A stretch of DNA of 64,000 nucleotides, taken from contig CM102285.1 of assembly GCA_046563655.1 (NCBI GenBank), forward strand, positions 248,001 to 312,000, read 5' to 3'. Shown here in pieces: positions 50,601 through 63,605 of this stretch. A program made the position numbers and the translations under genes. The notes under the pieces are model-generated. The model was not told the DNA's origin. It did no database searches and worked only from the letters and a program-made list of their open reading frames with translations. Origin of the DNA: Yuukianura sp. NJ FZ-2021 (Eukaryota). Position 1 is the first letter of the stretch. Every line of letters starts with the position of its first letter.

Positions 50601-53318
50601 CAAGACGCAGCGGTTACTCATGGTTACAAGGATTAGAGTTAAGCCTTACTCCAACCGAGTTTTCGAAACAACTTTTCTTGAGGTAACTTTTTCCTAAACT
50701 AGAACCACTGAATCACAATGGTTGTGAGTTGTGAAATGTTGTGAACTTACCGCATTTGGTAGTTGTGAACTCTTGTAACGTCGTCGTACTTGTGGTAAGT
50801 TGCTTGAAAAAGTAAGTAAGACTCTCCCCATTCAATCTGAACACGAACTGCCTGCTTGTCATTCAAGTAAAAACTAGAAGGATCTCGAATCTACAATTTC
50901 AAAAAGTTCAAAATTTACTTTTTAAAGGAGTTTAAAAAAGTTAAAGGTTATTTAAAATTTTGATTTTGAAAAGTTAAGTTTTAGTCCCAAGTTTTAGAAA
51001 ATGAGTAAATAGGATTAATCCTCGCTGGTTCTAGCGAAGGTAGATTTTGGATAAAGTTTTGGTTTGTTTTTCGGAAAAGAAAGTTTTTGAGAGCAGCAGA
51101 AAGTTAAAGTTGGCATGAATTTTTGTTCTAAAAAACTTTTTTTGTTAAAAAGTGGAGCGAAAGTTTAAATTGAGAAGACGAGCACTAAAGGATAAGTAGG
51201 AATTAATTAAGCATGATTTAAAAAAGAGAGGGAAAGTGAATCAAGTCAAACGGAAGGAAACTTCCTCCGTCTTTCTAATTTTAAATATGCAACAGTTTCC
51301 CGCCCACTTTTTCAAATTCAATTTTGAATTCAAGAAAAAGCGGGACTTTTAATTTCAAATGCAAAGGAAACGAGTAAGATTGAATCTAACAAGAAAACTA
51401 CTTTTGACTTTACGAAAAAAATTGTTTCAAATTGAAAATTCAAAAATTCGAGTTTTCCTTCTAGAAATCTTTTGAGTTCAAAATTTTTGAAGACGAAAGC
51501 TAAAATTCTAATTTCTTCCTAATTATAGCAAATGCATGAAATTTTATTTTCACAAAAGTTTTGGCGAAAAAATCTTTTCACCGTCGCTCATATTTTGAAT
51601 TTCGTCAACTTAGAAAAACTTTAATAAGAAATTCATAAAAATTGGAACGACTTTTCCGTTTTCTCCACCATTCAAGCTAAATTCTTGAATAAGTGAGGGG
51701 GAAACTTTTGAAATGCAAAATTTTGAAACATTTTCGAAACATTTTTTTTTGAAATTGACCTCTTTGACGGTGACGTCAGTCTCCATGATGATTCCGTCGT
51801 CAGTGTCTTCCTGTACATAGTAGTGTGAGTAGGGCGCATGAGTAAAGGCGATGGGGTCAAGAAGGCCGGACTTTGAGTTGTAGCGGAGCAAGTAGGCGCT
51901 CCAGGAGACATAGCGGAGGTGCTGGCGGGAAAATTCAAAATTTTGAATTTTGAATTTCAAAATTTCGAATTGCTTTAGTTTCTTACGTTTCTGGGCACAT
52001 TGTGAACGTCTTTGTAGAGGAGGCGGACACGGAGTGTCTCCGAGTGCGTGTCAGCCTCCATTGTCCACATTTGTTTGTCCCGGTCATAGCACTGGGCTGG
52101 CGGGCTGTTGCTGGACATCGGACCAAGCCCGCCCATGCTCGTCGCACCACACGTATTTGGCACAAGACACACTTCACTTAACGTGTTTGCCGTCACCATT
52201 TCTAAGTGGATTCGTAAAAAACCCTGAAATTTCAAAAAAAAAAAATAAGTAATCCAGTGAGATTCGAGCCTACACCTTCTTCTCTCCGGGAAGCACTCTA
52301 GCCCTTGAGCTATCCGGCTCATATTGCAAATATTGCCAAAACATCATAACAGCTCCAATCATCTTTGAAAACCTTTTTTTGAAATTTTTTGACATCCAAA
52401 TTTTGAAATTTTCAAGATATTTTTGATTTTTTTTTTGAAAATGCATACCCGATGGATGAGGTCTGCTAACCGAATGCGTGGTGCCCAACCGTAACTTTTT
52501 CCATCAGTGTCGGAAATATCGTCGAGCAATCCCGAGTCGATCCGACGCTCCCCCTCACCCAGCACCATCATGTACCGAACTCTGCACTGGTGGTCGAACC
52601 CAGTGAGTCGGTTCAGAAACACTAGCAGTCGTTCTTCCGATACTACATTTAAATAATATAACATAAAAAATATATTATATTAATTAATTTAATTCCAAAT
52701 TATTCAGAACATACCGTCTCTACCGTTCGGATACACTCCGACATTCCAGTCGAAACCGCCGAAACTGAAAAAAGTCGTTTCGAGTTTCGGATGTTGGATT
52801 TGATTGGCCAGACGGGCAGCGGCCGTAGGGCTTTTGTAGGTCGTGATGTAGTCACGTGACGTCACATTGGGCATGCGCAGTTCCACTTCAAAAAGTGTCC
52901 GTATCGACCCCATGGACAACTCAATCTGAAACTCTCCGTTCCGGTCTGCAAAGTTGCGTGCATGAAGGTCCTGGACGGGAATGTATCGCCGATTGCCCTG
53001 CGCAGGAGAATCGAAGCTGAACTTGACCTGCTTCCCACAGAAAGTCTCGTTGGCACTGAAATGCTCTCGGTTGAGTAGAGTGAATGAAAAGTCCACGTAC
53101 ACACGCATGCCCTCTGACGGATTGCGCCACACCAAGTACACGCCTAGGACTTTATCTGTGCGTGAAAACGTGATGGCCCACTTCTGGTAGCCATACACAA
53201 ACTCCTTGGAGGTCACATCACGGTGGAGGTCACGCGTCACGGACTTCGTCACGACAAACGTAAAAACATGCGTGTTGCCCCGATCAGGTAGTTTGGCAAA
53301 GCGGTAGAGCAGGGACAT
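47671..53318 (-). CDS. MATH/TRAF-like domain protein with a C-terminal coiled coil (uncharacterised)
   Basis: MSLLYRFAKLPDR...SKEFVYGYQKWAI...LGVYL...FSFTLLN and a second unit ETTFFSFGGFDWNVGVYPNG...LLVFLNR, both MATH-like. Exon 50751-50890 splices in phase 2 to the last exon 47671-47932 (RKEIGALQAENYSLERQLFSYQK). An in-frame TGA upstream of ATG 53318 fixes the start. Confidence 0.8.
48085..48410. repeat. 42-bp minisatellite (ATACGATTTTTATGGAACGGTGCACAACTCTAACGGAACTAC)
   Basis: About 5 near-identical units plus degenerate flanking units, in the last intron of the MATH gene. Confidence 0.92.
48758..49042. repeat. AAAACGGAAAAC(TT/GGTTTT) composite repeat, possibly a transposon subterminal array
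   Basis: More than 15 copies of AAACGG(A/T) in alternating sub-units. Confidence 0.8.
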
Positions 53319-56300
53319 GCTCACATTCCTAGCGAATCACCTGAAATTAAAAAAATACGTGTTTTACACGTCTCATACGTCATCACTAATTACGTGTTAA
53401 ACACGTCTCGTACACGAGATGGCGCTTGAAGAAGTATTAATTAAATTAAATTACATATTAATCAATCATGACTTTTGGTAAAGTCTCAACACGGTCAATA
53501 TACACGCATTACGTGTACACTACAACACGTAAGAAACAAATTAAATATTCACATATCACGGTTTTATCATGTGTTTAGCATTGTAACGAATTCCGTGTAG
53601 CGTGTATGACATGTGTTAACCAATCACTAATTATCACGCATTTAAAATGTTATAACCAATCACGAATCGGAATTCCATCGCGTGTTTTACAACAACGTAA
53701 AACGCCATGAATTTTTTGACTTTTTAACTCTGGTGTGTGTAGGGCTTAACAATTTCTTTTATTTCCTGTGTGAACTTGGCTTAAGTCACTTGTCATTTAA
53801 AAAAAGTTTAAAATCTTTGGTTGAAAAGTCATTTATAATTTTTTTTTAAACATTTTCGTTTTCAATTCTGTTTTAAAAATGTTTTGAAAAGCGTCTTTTC
53901 CGAAATCTTTCTACTTTTCTTCTTTAGAATGTTTGTAGAATTGGGCCTAATAAAATGGAAGGTGGGTCTCCGGGGAGTTATAATTTGAATTTGCTCTGTC
54001 ATTCCCTAGTACCTTCTCCTTTCCGCCTAGAAGTTAGGCTATGTTAAAGCTATGTTAGGCTTCTGTTTAGTACAAGTAGTGATCGTATTGTTCCTGAACT
54101 GGGATTTGAAAGTGGCTCCATTTCCCAGCGGGGGAATTTAATTCCTCCCACTCTTTTTCCTTGTCCACTTCTCTACTCTGCTCAAACTGAAAATAGAACC
54201 AACAACTGGACATTGTCCAGAAATGGCTCACAATCAAAACTAAAAGGCTTCAAACGGCTCCTGGAGTGTCTCCAGAGACTTGTCCAGAAGTTGTCCAGGA
54301 GCTAAACATGTCCAGGTCAAAGTTGTTTTTTTAAAAAAGAAACCCGGTGTTTTCGAAAAACTGGAATTCCGGTCTTTTGAAAAACCAATTGGCATTAGTG
54401 TCAACTTACAAAAATAATTTTTCAGCATTAGCAAGAATTTTGATTTAAATAACTTTTTCAGAATTTGTGGAATTCAAGATATACACACGCTGAGAATTTG
54501 TACAAAATTGAGAAGTAATTTTTTTTTAAAGTACACCGTAAAGGACGAAATGTTCAGGGCATTTTAGTATTTTTAGAAAAGGAGAAAGTGGGAACTGGAA
54601 AATTAAGATTTGTATCTCCGTGTTTAGAAGTTTTTGGCGGGAAAGTTTGAAGTACATTTAGAATTAAAGTTTTATTGGAGTTGTAACTTGAGAGAAGAAC
54701 TTAACATGACGACGTGAGTTAAACTTTGGCCGGAGTGAAAGTTGAGATGACCCCCAAGGGGTCATTCGATGACCTCCACAGTTGATTGCATTAAGGTAGG
54801 AACATAATCGGATGACCTTGAGAGTTGATTCAATTAAGCTCTTATCACATCTTTCCAGGCACAAGCTACCTTATACTGCACAAAAAAGCTTCTTTTCATA
54901 CTCCACAAAAAGCTTCTTTTTGTACCGCACAAAAAGCTTCCATCGCACTCCTCAAAAACCTTCTTACTCCAGAAATCTCAGAAGAAAAGGACACGCTTTC
55001 TCCCAGAACTTTCTTTTTGTTCCAAATAAAAGAAAAGTTCAGAAAAACTTTATCTAACCTACTGAAAACCTAATGCCCTTAGCCTAATTTACTGCTTCAA
55101 CCTAACAAACTAACCTAATTAATTGGAAACTCTTTTAGTTAATTTTAGAAGTTGCAATTAGGTTAAGCCTAAGGATGTTAGGTTAGTTAGGCTAAGGATT
55201 TGGAGTTAATTGGAACTTTGGGATTGAGGAAATAATCACTCAAGTTTTCCCGCTCTTTTTCCCTTCCACTTGTTATGGGCGATGAAAAATGAAGAAATAG
55301 GAGAGGGACTGAGGGAATACCTTTTTAAAGTATCATCATATGCTGGATGCTGGATACTGGATACTGGATACTGGATACTGGGGAAGTATTCTGGAGGCCG
55401 TAAATCATGAAAAAGTAGGACTTAAAGACCCCAAGGGATTTCAGTGGAGCTCAGGTAAAAATGAAAAAAAAAAAGAATGGAGACTGCTGGACTCGAACGC
55501 ACGACTGTTCTTTTTAACTTTTAATAAAACACCAGAAACCTATCCAAAAACTATGTTTAGTGAAATGAAATTTTTCAAAAAAAAAAAATTTTACCCGAGA
55601 AAAAATTGCGTAGTGCTGAAATCTCAAACAGCATTATTCTGACCAGTTACAAGTTAAGTGTATTTGTGGCAAGGTTGCGAAATAGTTTACCTTTAACAGG
55701 TTTAGCAATACGTCCTGTTTTCGAAAAATCTAGAGTCAAACAATTTTTTCCACCTTTTTGCTCTTTTTCTAAATTGAATTTGCCAATTGAAAAGCCGTTT
55801 CTACGAATTTTTTAATTTCGTTTACTATACCAACCGGGATTGCAACTATGTGAATTCACTTTTGAAAATTTTTCGCAAAAAAATTAAAACTCGAGTAATT
55901 GGCTAACCTGGTAAACAAAAAGTATTTCTTTGTTGATGCACCTTGTGCTTGTGGAATGTTTTAGTTATGTTTTTATCCTATGTTGTGCAGTTACAAGTAT
56001 GTTTGTGGTATGTTGTAGTATTGCTTTTTTTTCGTTAAAGCCTGTAGATGTGTAGGATGTGGTCGGGTTTAGTAGTTCCATTTTGTGTGTAAATCCATTT
56101 TGTTATATTTTGTGAGTTGTGGCCACAACTGGTTCTTTTGAGCCAACTAAATCCTGACAAAGGAAAATGGAGGTAGGAAGTGAATCTTCATCCAAATCCA
56201 ATTTCAAACTCCAGCATACGTGGGAACTACAAAAGACAATGGCATTCCTCCCATGCCCTCCAGTCTACTCCAATACTACTCACTCTCAAAACTCCCACAA

Positions 56301-59300
56301 AAAAAAACTCCCGCCTTTTTCTCAGGTAGAACAACATTCCACTCTCGTCTAACACCGGAGATTCTCCAGGGGAATTGGATCTCTCTTCCTTCAAAAAAAT
56401 CTTACACTAGTCACACACATGCTCCACAAAAAAAAAATTTTAGGGTAAGCTTACTCGGAGCTTTGCACTTTGTTTCACTTTGGTGTTACAGAAAAGAAGG
56501 TTTTTTGAAAAAACCTGCCTGCTTTTATTGAATCCAAAAACAGAAGGCTTAGCCACTTTGAATTTAGATATTTTTTGGGTCTTGGATTCGCAAAAAAAAC
56601 CGAAAAAACGGAGCCGATTTGACGTAAATCTTTGTTACGCATGAGCAAACTGATTCCCTAATGGTCTCTTTTATTTTTCAAAAATTGATGCTACTTTCTA
56701 ATGTTCTACTGTCCGTCTGTCCTTCCGTCCGACACCAACTTTTACTTTTGACTCAAAAAGTTGTAAGTTTTCACCCATGTACCCAAAATCACTTGAGTGA
56801 AAGATAAGAATATTCACATTTGAAGTTTTCAATATTTGAAATTGGACAGAAGTTGACCTTTGAGATTGACCTAACATAGCATTAGACCTTTAAGTAAAAA
56901 TGTTGATGTCAAAATTGATGTTTGACAGAAAATATCCTGTCTGACTAAAGCTGCAGATTTATTTATGAATTTCAGACAGACGGACACTTCCGTTTTCGCT
57001 ACTTGGCTGCACCCCTGATTAACACAAGCAACTACTTTGTTTGTGTTTATTTGACTTTCTTCTATTTGAATTTTCCGCTTCTTTTTCTCTTCGAATGGCC
57101 GTTGTTATGGTGTTTCGTGTTTCCATATTGGGGGACCATTAGGAACATCATTAGGTGAATCCATAGAAGTTCGAACGGAGTCTGGAGCGATTGATTCAAA
57201 CTTCCCGCCAACACGCGACGTTCAACCTTAGCCTAACGTTCAACCTAACTTTTAGCCTAACCTTTAGCCTAACAACGACGACCTCCTCTGTCGTGTTGTC
57301 TTTCGTTTGAACTTTGCCTCCCGCCACTCGATCGATGGAGACCAGAGACACTACTGGGGCAAAGTGAGACTCACTTTCAAATGGACGAACATTCTAGATT
57401 CAAACTATGTAAATTCCCGCCAAATCTCTGAAAGGATCTTAATATAAGCTTCAACCTAATGTTAACCTAATATTAACCTAACGTTAACCTAATCTAGCCT
57501 TCACGCCCCATGCATCTTGACCTGCGTCTATGATTGATGAAACGTCTACTCCAGGAAGTTCCTAGCACATCAGGGAACGATATTAGTTGCAGCCCAACGA
57601 AATTGGCAGGAAATTCAAATTTTTTGAAATTTTCCCACCATTTTTGAATTTTAAATTTTCTTCCCGCCCTTTATTCCAGCATTCACACTTTCCTACTTTC
57701 ACTGTCTTTTGATTACTCGAGTGAAATGAAATTGCGCCATTTTCGTTTTCATTTACGCTTTTAAAATGAAAATTTTGAAATTTGCCTCCAGGGCGATGGG
57801 TTATCACATGAGCAATGACTCTTTATGAGGTCTTAATCTTCCGACTTGCGACATTTCGGAAGCGACAAGCGACATTTTCAAAGCGACATTAAACCCTCCA
57901 GCGACATATCATCCCACTCAGATTGTATGGAGTGTTAGACCGAAATGACTGTCACACATATTGTAAAGATGAAATTGAAATTTTGAAATGTCCCTCCCAA
58001 GTGTCAATTAAAGTCACATTTTGAAGTGACACGGAACATGAACATTGTCATTCAAACTTTGAATTCAAAATTTGAATTTTCCCGCTTCTTTTATGACTTT
58101 CAACATGACAAGCATAGCACTACTTCACTTTTTTTTACTCTGAAAATGTCATTCCAGTAAACAGTAATTGACTCTGGTCGTGAAAAAGTTTTTGAAAAGT
58201 TGGGCCCTCGAGAAAGTTTAAACTTTTTTCATTTATTTCTCAAAAAGTGACTTTTTATGGTGACTGCAATGGAGACAGGAGAGTCCGTACTTCACACAAT
58301 TGTAAACACCAATCAGAAACACAGATTTTAACAAACTTAAGTTTTAACATTAAGTTGAAATGTTAAAACACGGGTTAAAACTACAACTACAATACAGCAA
58401 GTTAAAAGTAAAAAAAAAAAGTTAATTTGAAAGTTTAACACTCTCTCAGTTTTAACAAAAAACTTCACCGGCGGGATTTGCGATTTTTAAAATTTTTGGG
58501 GTAACGTGCAACACGTTGCACAAGCTGTGCAACTCGTGTTTGAAATTTCCATTTCAAAGAGGAAATGAAAAAGTGAAAGTTGCGAAAACTTCAAAAAGAA
58601 AACTTGCGCAACTTTTTGAAAACTGACAACTTTTGAAAAATGTGACACAAAATGAGTATTTTGTCACTGCAGGGCATGGGAGTTCTGCAAATTTCCGAAA
58701 TTGGCAAATTAAATTTAGATGCGGTTGTGATATTTTTTCGTTTTCATAGCGGGAATTCCAGATTAAATGATTTATTTGAAATCCTGGCGGTTTTTCTAAA
58801 ATTGAAATTTTGAAATGCCACATTTGTAAAAAAATCATTGGTTTTTGTAGCATTGGAGCGTTGAGAGAGGGAACGGAGTGGAAGAGAATGCGAGATAAGT
58901 TTGTGGTTGGGTTGCGGTGGAGGTGGGTTTAGACAGAGTTGGGCATCCGCTTACTCCTGACTTAGCTTTCGTCACGGTGCCCGTAGGTAAGAGGAGCCTG
59001 TTTGAACAGAAGTTGGCTGTTTGAACAGACTTTTTGGAAAAGTTGTATCTCGGAGTTCCACCTTTGGAGTTGTATTGAGTGGAGTCTCGAGGGGGATTAA
59101 AGCCCATTTCCAAGTCGGAAGAGAGATCGATATTTGATGAATCCATAAGAAGGCTCCAGTGACGACTGCTGGAACAGCGCGGGAAATTCCAACAATTTCA
59201 CTCCTCCATCTTCCTTCGCGCCTCAATCACCTCATCAGACACATCAAAGAAAAAGCCATCACATTACTCTCTACGCTGTCTCTCTTTATCTCAACACAAC

Positions 59301-59317
59301 GGAAAGAAAAACGATTC

Positions 59318-60295
59318 AGGCCCAACTATGTTTCGACAGAAAATAGTTAAGCGAATGCCCAACTACGGTTCCAAGAAAATTGCATTTAATGCCAAACTCT
59401 GTTTCAAGCAAAGTACAACCAATGCCCAACTCTGTTTTCCTAGAAAAAACAACCGATGCCCAACTACGTTTACAAAAAAAAATGAATTGATGCCCAACTA
59501 CGTTTTAACTGGAAAAAATGAGCCTGATAGCCCAACAACGTTTATGAAAAAAAACACATGATGCCCAACTACGTTTACAAAAAAAAATTGAATTAATGCC
59601 CAACTACGTTTCTCAGAAAAGAAAACGTAAAATTGATGCCCAACTCCGTTTGCAAAAACAAAAAATGTCGAAGCTTAATTACACCACTAGAAATAAAAAA
59701 AAACGAAAAACAAATGCCCAACTGTTGCAAATTTCCCGCCGAAAGAACTCCAAATCTCGCTGCTACTTTTTCAAAAAAAAAAGAAAAAAATTCAACCGTT
59801 AACGCCGAATTCTTGGTTGCTATGAATTAGAATAACTTTTTCTTAAGTGGAACAGATTCTTTTCGGCTTCTTTTCTTGAAGAATCAGATTTTTCAAAATT
59901 TGAATTGGAAATAGTGATCCCCAGGTACGAATTCCGAAAGAAAGTTTATGGTGATGCCCAGCTATGTAAAGAAAGTGCATGATTGATACGCCTGTTCAAA
60001 TTTGTTCGTCCGACAAATTTCTTTTCAAAATTTGAAGGAGAAATGGAGAGAGGAAAAAAAAAGCAGAGATGCCCATCTATGGAGGGCTGATTCACGGAAG
60101 AGCATTTGATTGATGCCCAGCAGTGCACCGGAGTAGTGAAACGGTGATTTCTTACTACACAAAAGAGGCCGTGTGCCTCATGACATGCGATGCCCAGCTA
60201 TGCGTCACGAAAAACCTCCGAAGAAATGCCCACCTCTGCGTCACGAAAGAGATGCCCAGCTAAGCAGAAAGAGTTAAGACAGTTGATGCCCATTT
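59318..60295. repeat. Conserved-core / variable-spacer array (ATGCCCAACTACGTTT)
   Basis: Eleven cores at ~59318-59725, mostly 33-40 bp apart, then about 7 looser (G)ATGCCCA copies to 60291. Confidence 0.85.
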
Positions 60296-63200
60296 GTGCA
60301 CAAAAGGACAAGACAAAGGACTCTCTCGCTCCACAGCCTCCGACATTCACTTTCTCAAGAGAAATTGCCCGCCAGAATTCAAAAGAACAAAATTCCCACC
60401 GAAATCCTTCAAAGAAAAAAACTCCCGCTAAAATCCAAACCTGAAAAAATTCTGCCGCCAAAGAAAATAGAGTTTTTCCCAATCAAAAAAGACTCTCCCT
60501 TGGAATAACAAAGGGATCACCCTCTCTTAAATCCTTTCCCTATCTTTCTGCTACTTTTTGGATTTGGCGCCTTTTAAAAAAAAAACGAATCTAGTGGACA
60601 CACATAGGATTTAAGGGATGGAGTGGAAATGGACCAAAAAGGACAGCCGAACATTCTTTGTCTTCTCAAATACTGCTCCAGCATTCGTGCCATTTTCATA
60701 GTTACTTCCTGCGAAATTGAAAAATCTTGAAAAATACCTTATTCAGCAGTCAATCAGCAAAACCCTTTGCAAACTTAGACAAATTCAAGTTATTTTAACA
60801 AAAAAAAATTGAAAAAAAAAACATTTCCAAAAAACTACGATATTTGCAGAAATGGAATTGATTTGAAGATTGCAGTTTTTGAAAAGATTTTGACAAGATC
60901 AGGGTTTTGAGCTTTGAGAAATTAAAAAAGTGAAAAAATTGCACAAAAGAGCTTGATTATAATTCCCTCGTTTCTCAAAATTTTGATTTGCTCATCAAAA
61001 ACACCCAAATCAAAAAAGGAACCAAATTCGATGAATTTGCAAAAAACGAAATTCAAAAAATGATAAAAACTCGGTAAGTATTGAAAAGGTAAGAAACAGC
61101 CACTACCTTAACTTTCACTTTTTCATTCCTTTTTAAACACCTAGGAGAAATCGCGAAAAAAAATTTAAATTGAAACTCTAAAAAACCGTTAGGTTTTAGT
61201 GGATTGTGGATTTTTATAGGAACATATTGGACGTGCCAAAATTTGGAAGCAAAAAAGTATGAAAATTTTGTTGGTCGATTGTCATTCGTTTTTAGTGCCA
61301 CTTTTCTTTTTTCATTTTTTGGGTGTCATTTGAAATGGGATTGGAATGCAACAAGTCTTTGTGAATGGCATTCCGCAGTGGCACTTCCAGGAATTTTAGT
61401 GCATAGCATCTCCCTGCTCCACTGCTCCTCCAATACTCTAGTCAAACCAACGGAGGTTTAGCATTTCAAATTCTCCCACACTTTTTCCACTTTTTCAAAT
61501 TTTCCCGCACTTTTTCCAACTTTCCCGCACTTTCTCCTATTCCGAGAGGAAAATGTCTCCGGGAGAAAGGAAATGAAAAAGGAGGAGAGTGAGAGAGGAG
61601 AAAATATGAAAGAAAACAGAAAATTTTCTGTTCACGAACAACAATAAAGAAAAAAAAATGGGGGAAATGAAAATGTAAAAAGTTTGAAAAAAAAATTCCC
61701 GCCCTTTTCCATTTTCCCTCTCTTTTGACATTCGACAAAACAAACTTGCCTTACTTTTACTCAAAAGTCTCAAAAGTTATGCTGCAAGTAAACGCAAAGG
61801 TCAGCAAACATGAAAATCTCAACATAATATGAAATTCCCTCACCTAAACTTCGAAATTTGACAAACACAAAAGTTTAAGTTTGAAAAAAAGTCAAAAAGT
61901 TTGGTATTTTTGTTCAACTGTTATTGTTAGTTTTTTGAACTTTTTTTTGCAAATGAAATCTTGAAGTTGCAAAAGTTAGAAAATTTGAAACCTTGAAGTA
62001 CTGAACTCTTCGACGTGAATTGAATTGAGTTTCGAAATTTTATATTGAAAGTGACAAGTTTTTTGAAATTTTTTGCAAAGAGTCACGTGACGTGGCAAGG
62101 TCAGAGGTCAAAATATTATTTTTATGAACTTTTACACACATATTGAAAGCTATCGTAAAGATGTGCATTGGAATTGGAATTCCAGGCACAATTTTCTTTT
62201 TTCATCGTGTCTGTTGGATTTCTTTTGAGCTGAAAAGTTGGTACTCTTAACACTGCAGTTGAAAGCTAACCGAACTGAGAGTGTATTGCCTTTAACACAC
62301 AATTCAGCATGAGAGTTGCATACAAAATCAAAGAAAAAAGAACAGCGCAGGCGCCAATTTTTGGACAAAAGAAGAAATCCAGTGGAGAAAAGAGAAAGGA
62401 AATCTCAGCGCTTTCTTCGCTGTGGTTTTTGTGCCCTTCCGGCTACAGGAAATGCTTGAAATTCCGTTAATGGTCCATCGGAAATCCTTAATACTTGTCA
62501 TTACATTTATTTAGTTTACTCTCATACATAGTTAACAACAAAACCCGATTTTTACCACCTATTTTTACCGATTTTACTCATGTCATAACAACCTAACCGA
62601 ACAGTTATTACTTTTCATCTTATTCACTGCTTAACTTTTATGAATCATCCGTTGTAACAACAAAGTATAACCACCGACACCATATTTTAAATTGAAAAAG
62701 TGATTAAAATCGAGTAAAATTGTAAAGTGGTAAAAACTCTTCTAAGCAATCCTGTACGTGCTTTGTCTTTCTGGTTTGCACAACCTGCGGAATGAGTTTT
62801 ATTTTCATTAAGAGGATTGAAGGTTGGGGAGGCAGAGGGCGGGAAACTACAAAAAAAAAAGTTTAATCCATTTTTTCGATTCGCTTTCTCAGCGGTTTTG
62901 GAGCGGGGCAAAGTGAGATTTGGATTCAAAAGAAGCCGCCGCAGGAGACAACAAAGATTTTGAGATGAAAAGACAACGAAAGTGAGCTCAGAACTTAATT
63001 TACGAATAGACAAAGAGAGGGAGAAGGGGGGGTTGGTGGAGAGCATTTGTGAGGCGGAAAGACTTGATCCTTTCTTTTGTTCTTTGTCTCAAAGTCCATT
63101 TTTTGCAACTGTGTTGTGTATTTTCAAATTTTCCCGCGGAGGAACCTTTTTGCTTATTTCTAATTTCCTAGCAAAGGAACCTTTTTGCTTATTTCAAAGT

Positions 63201-63605
63201 TCCTAGCAGAACCTTTTCGTTTCGCACAAAAATTTGAAATTGAATTAAAAGTTTCGCACTAGGTGCTGCCAGGCGGTTAGTTCTGATCTGTTGAATATTG
63301 AATTTCATTGTAATTATGATTTTGGCTCTCAAAATTCAGAATCAAAATTTTGAATTTGAGCGTATGGATTGTGGAGCCTAGGGGATTCGGAGCGGAGGCG
63401 GTGAGAAATGGAGCTCCGGTGCCCGTTTGCTGTTGATTTTGTTTGGAAAGTGGAATTTTCTTTTGTCGACACAATGGAGAAAGAGCTTAAATAATTTACA
63501 ATTGCTTTCTCTGGGAAATTGACATCTGGAAATCATCCATTCCCCTCCCAACTCCACTCCGACCCTAACTTTCTGAGCTTTCCACGAAAACACAAAATTA
63601 TTTAG

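Noticed and set aside
50060-50700. Large degenerate inverted repeat in the MATH gene intron
   Set aside because: Only short patches (CCACTGGATAT, GTAACCA/TGGTTAC) match, which is not enough to define an element.
59318-59725. Bona fide CRISPR array
   Set aside because: The context is eukaryotic, there are no cas genes, the repeat is only ~16 nt and variable, and the spacers are A-rich and partly homologous to each other.
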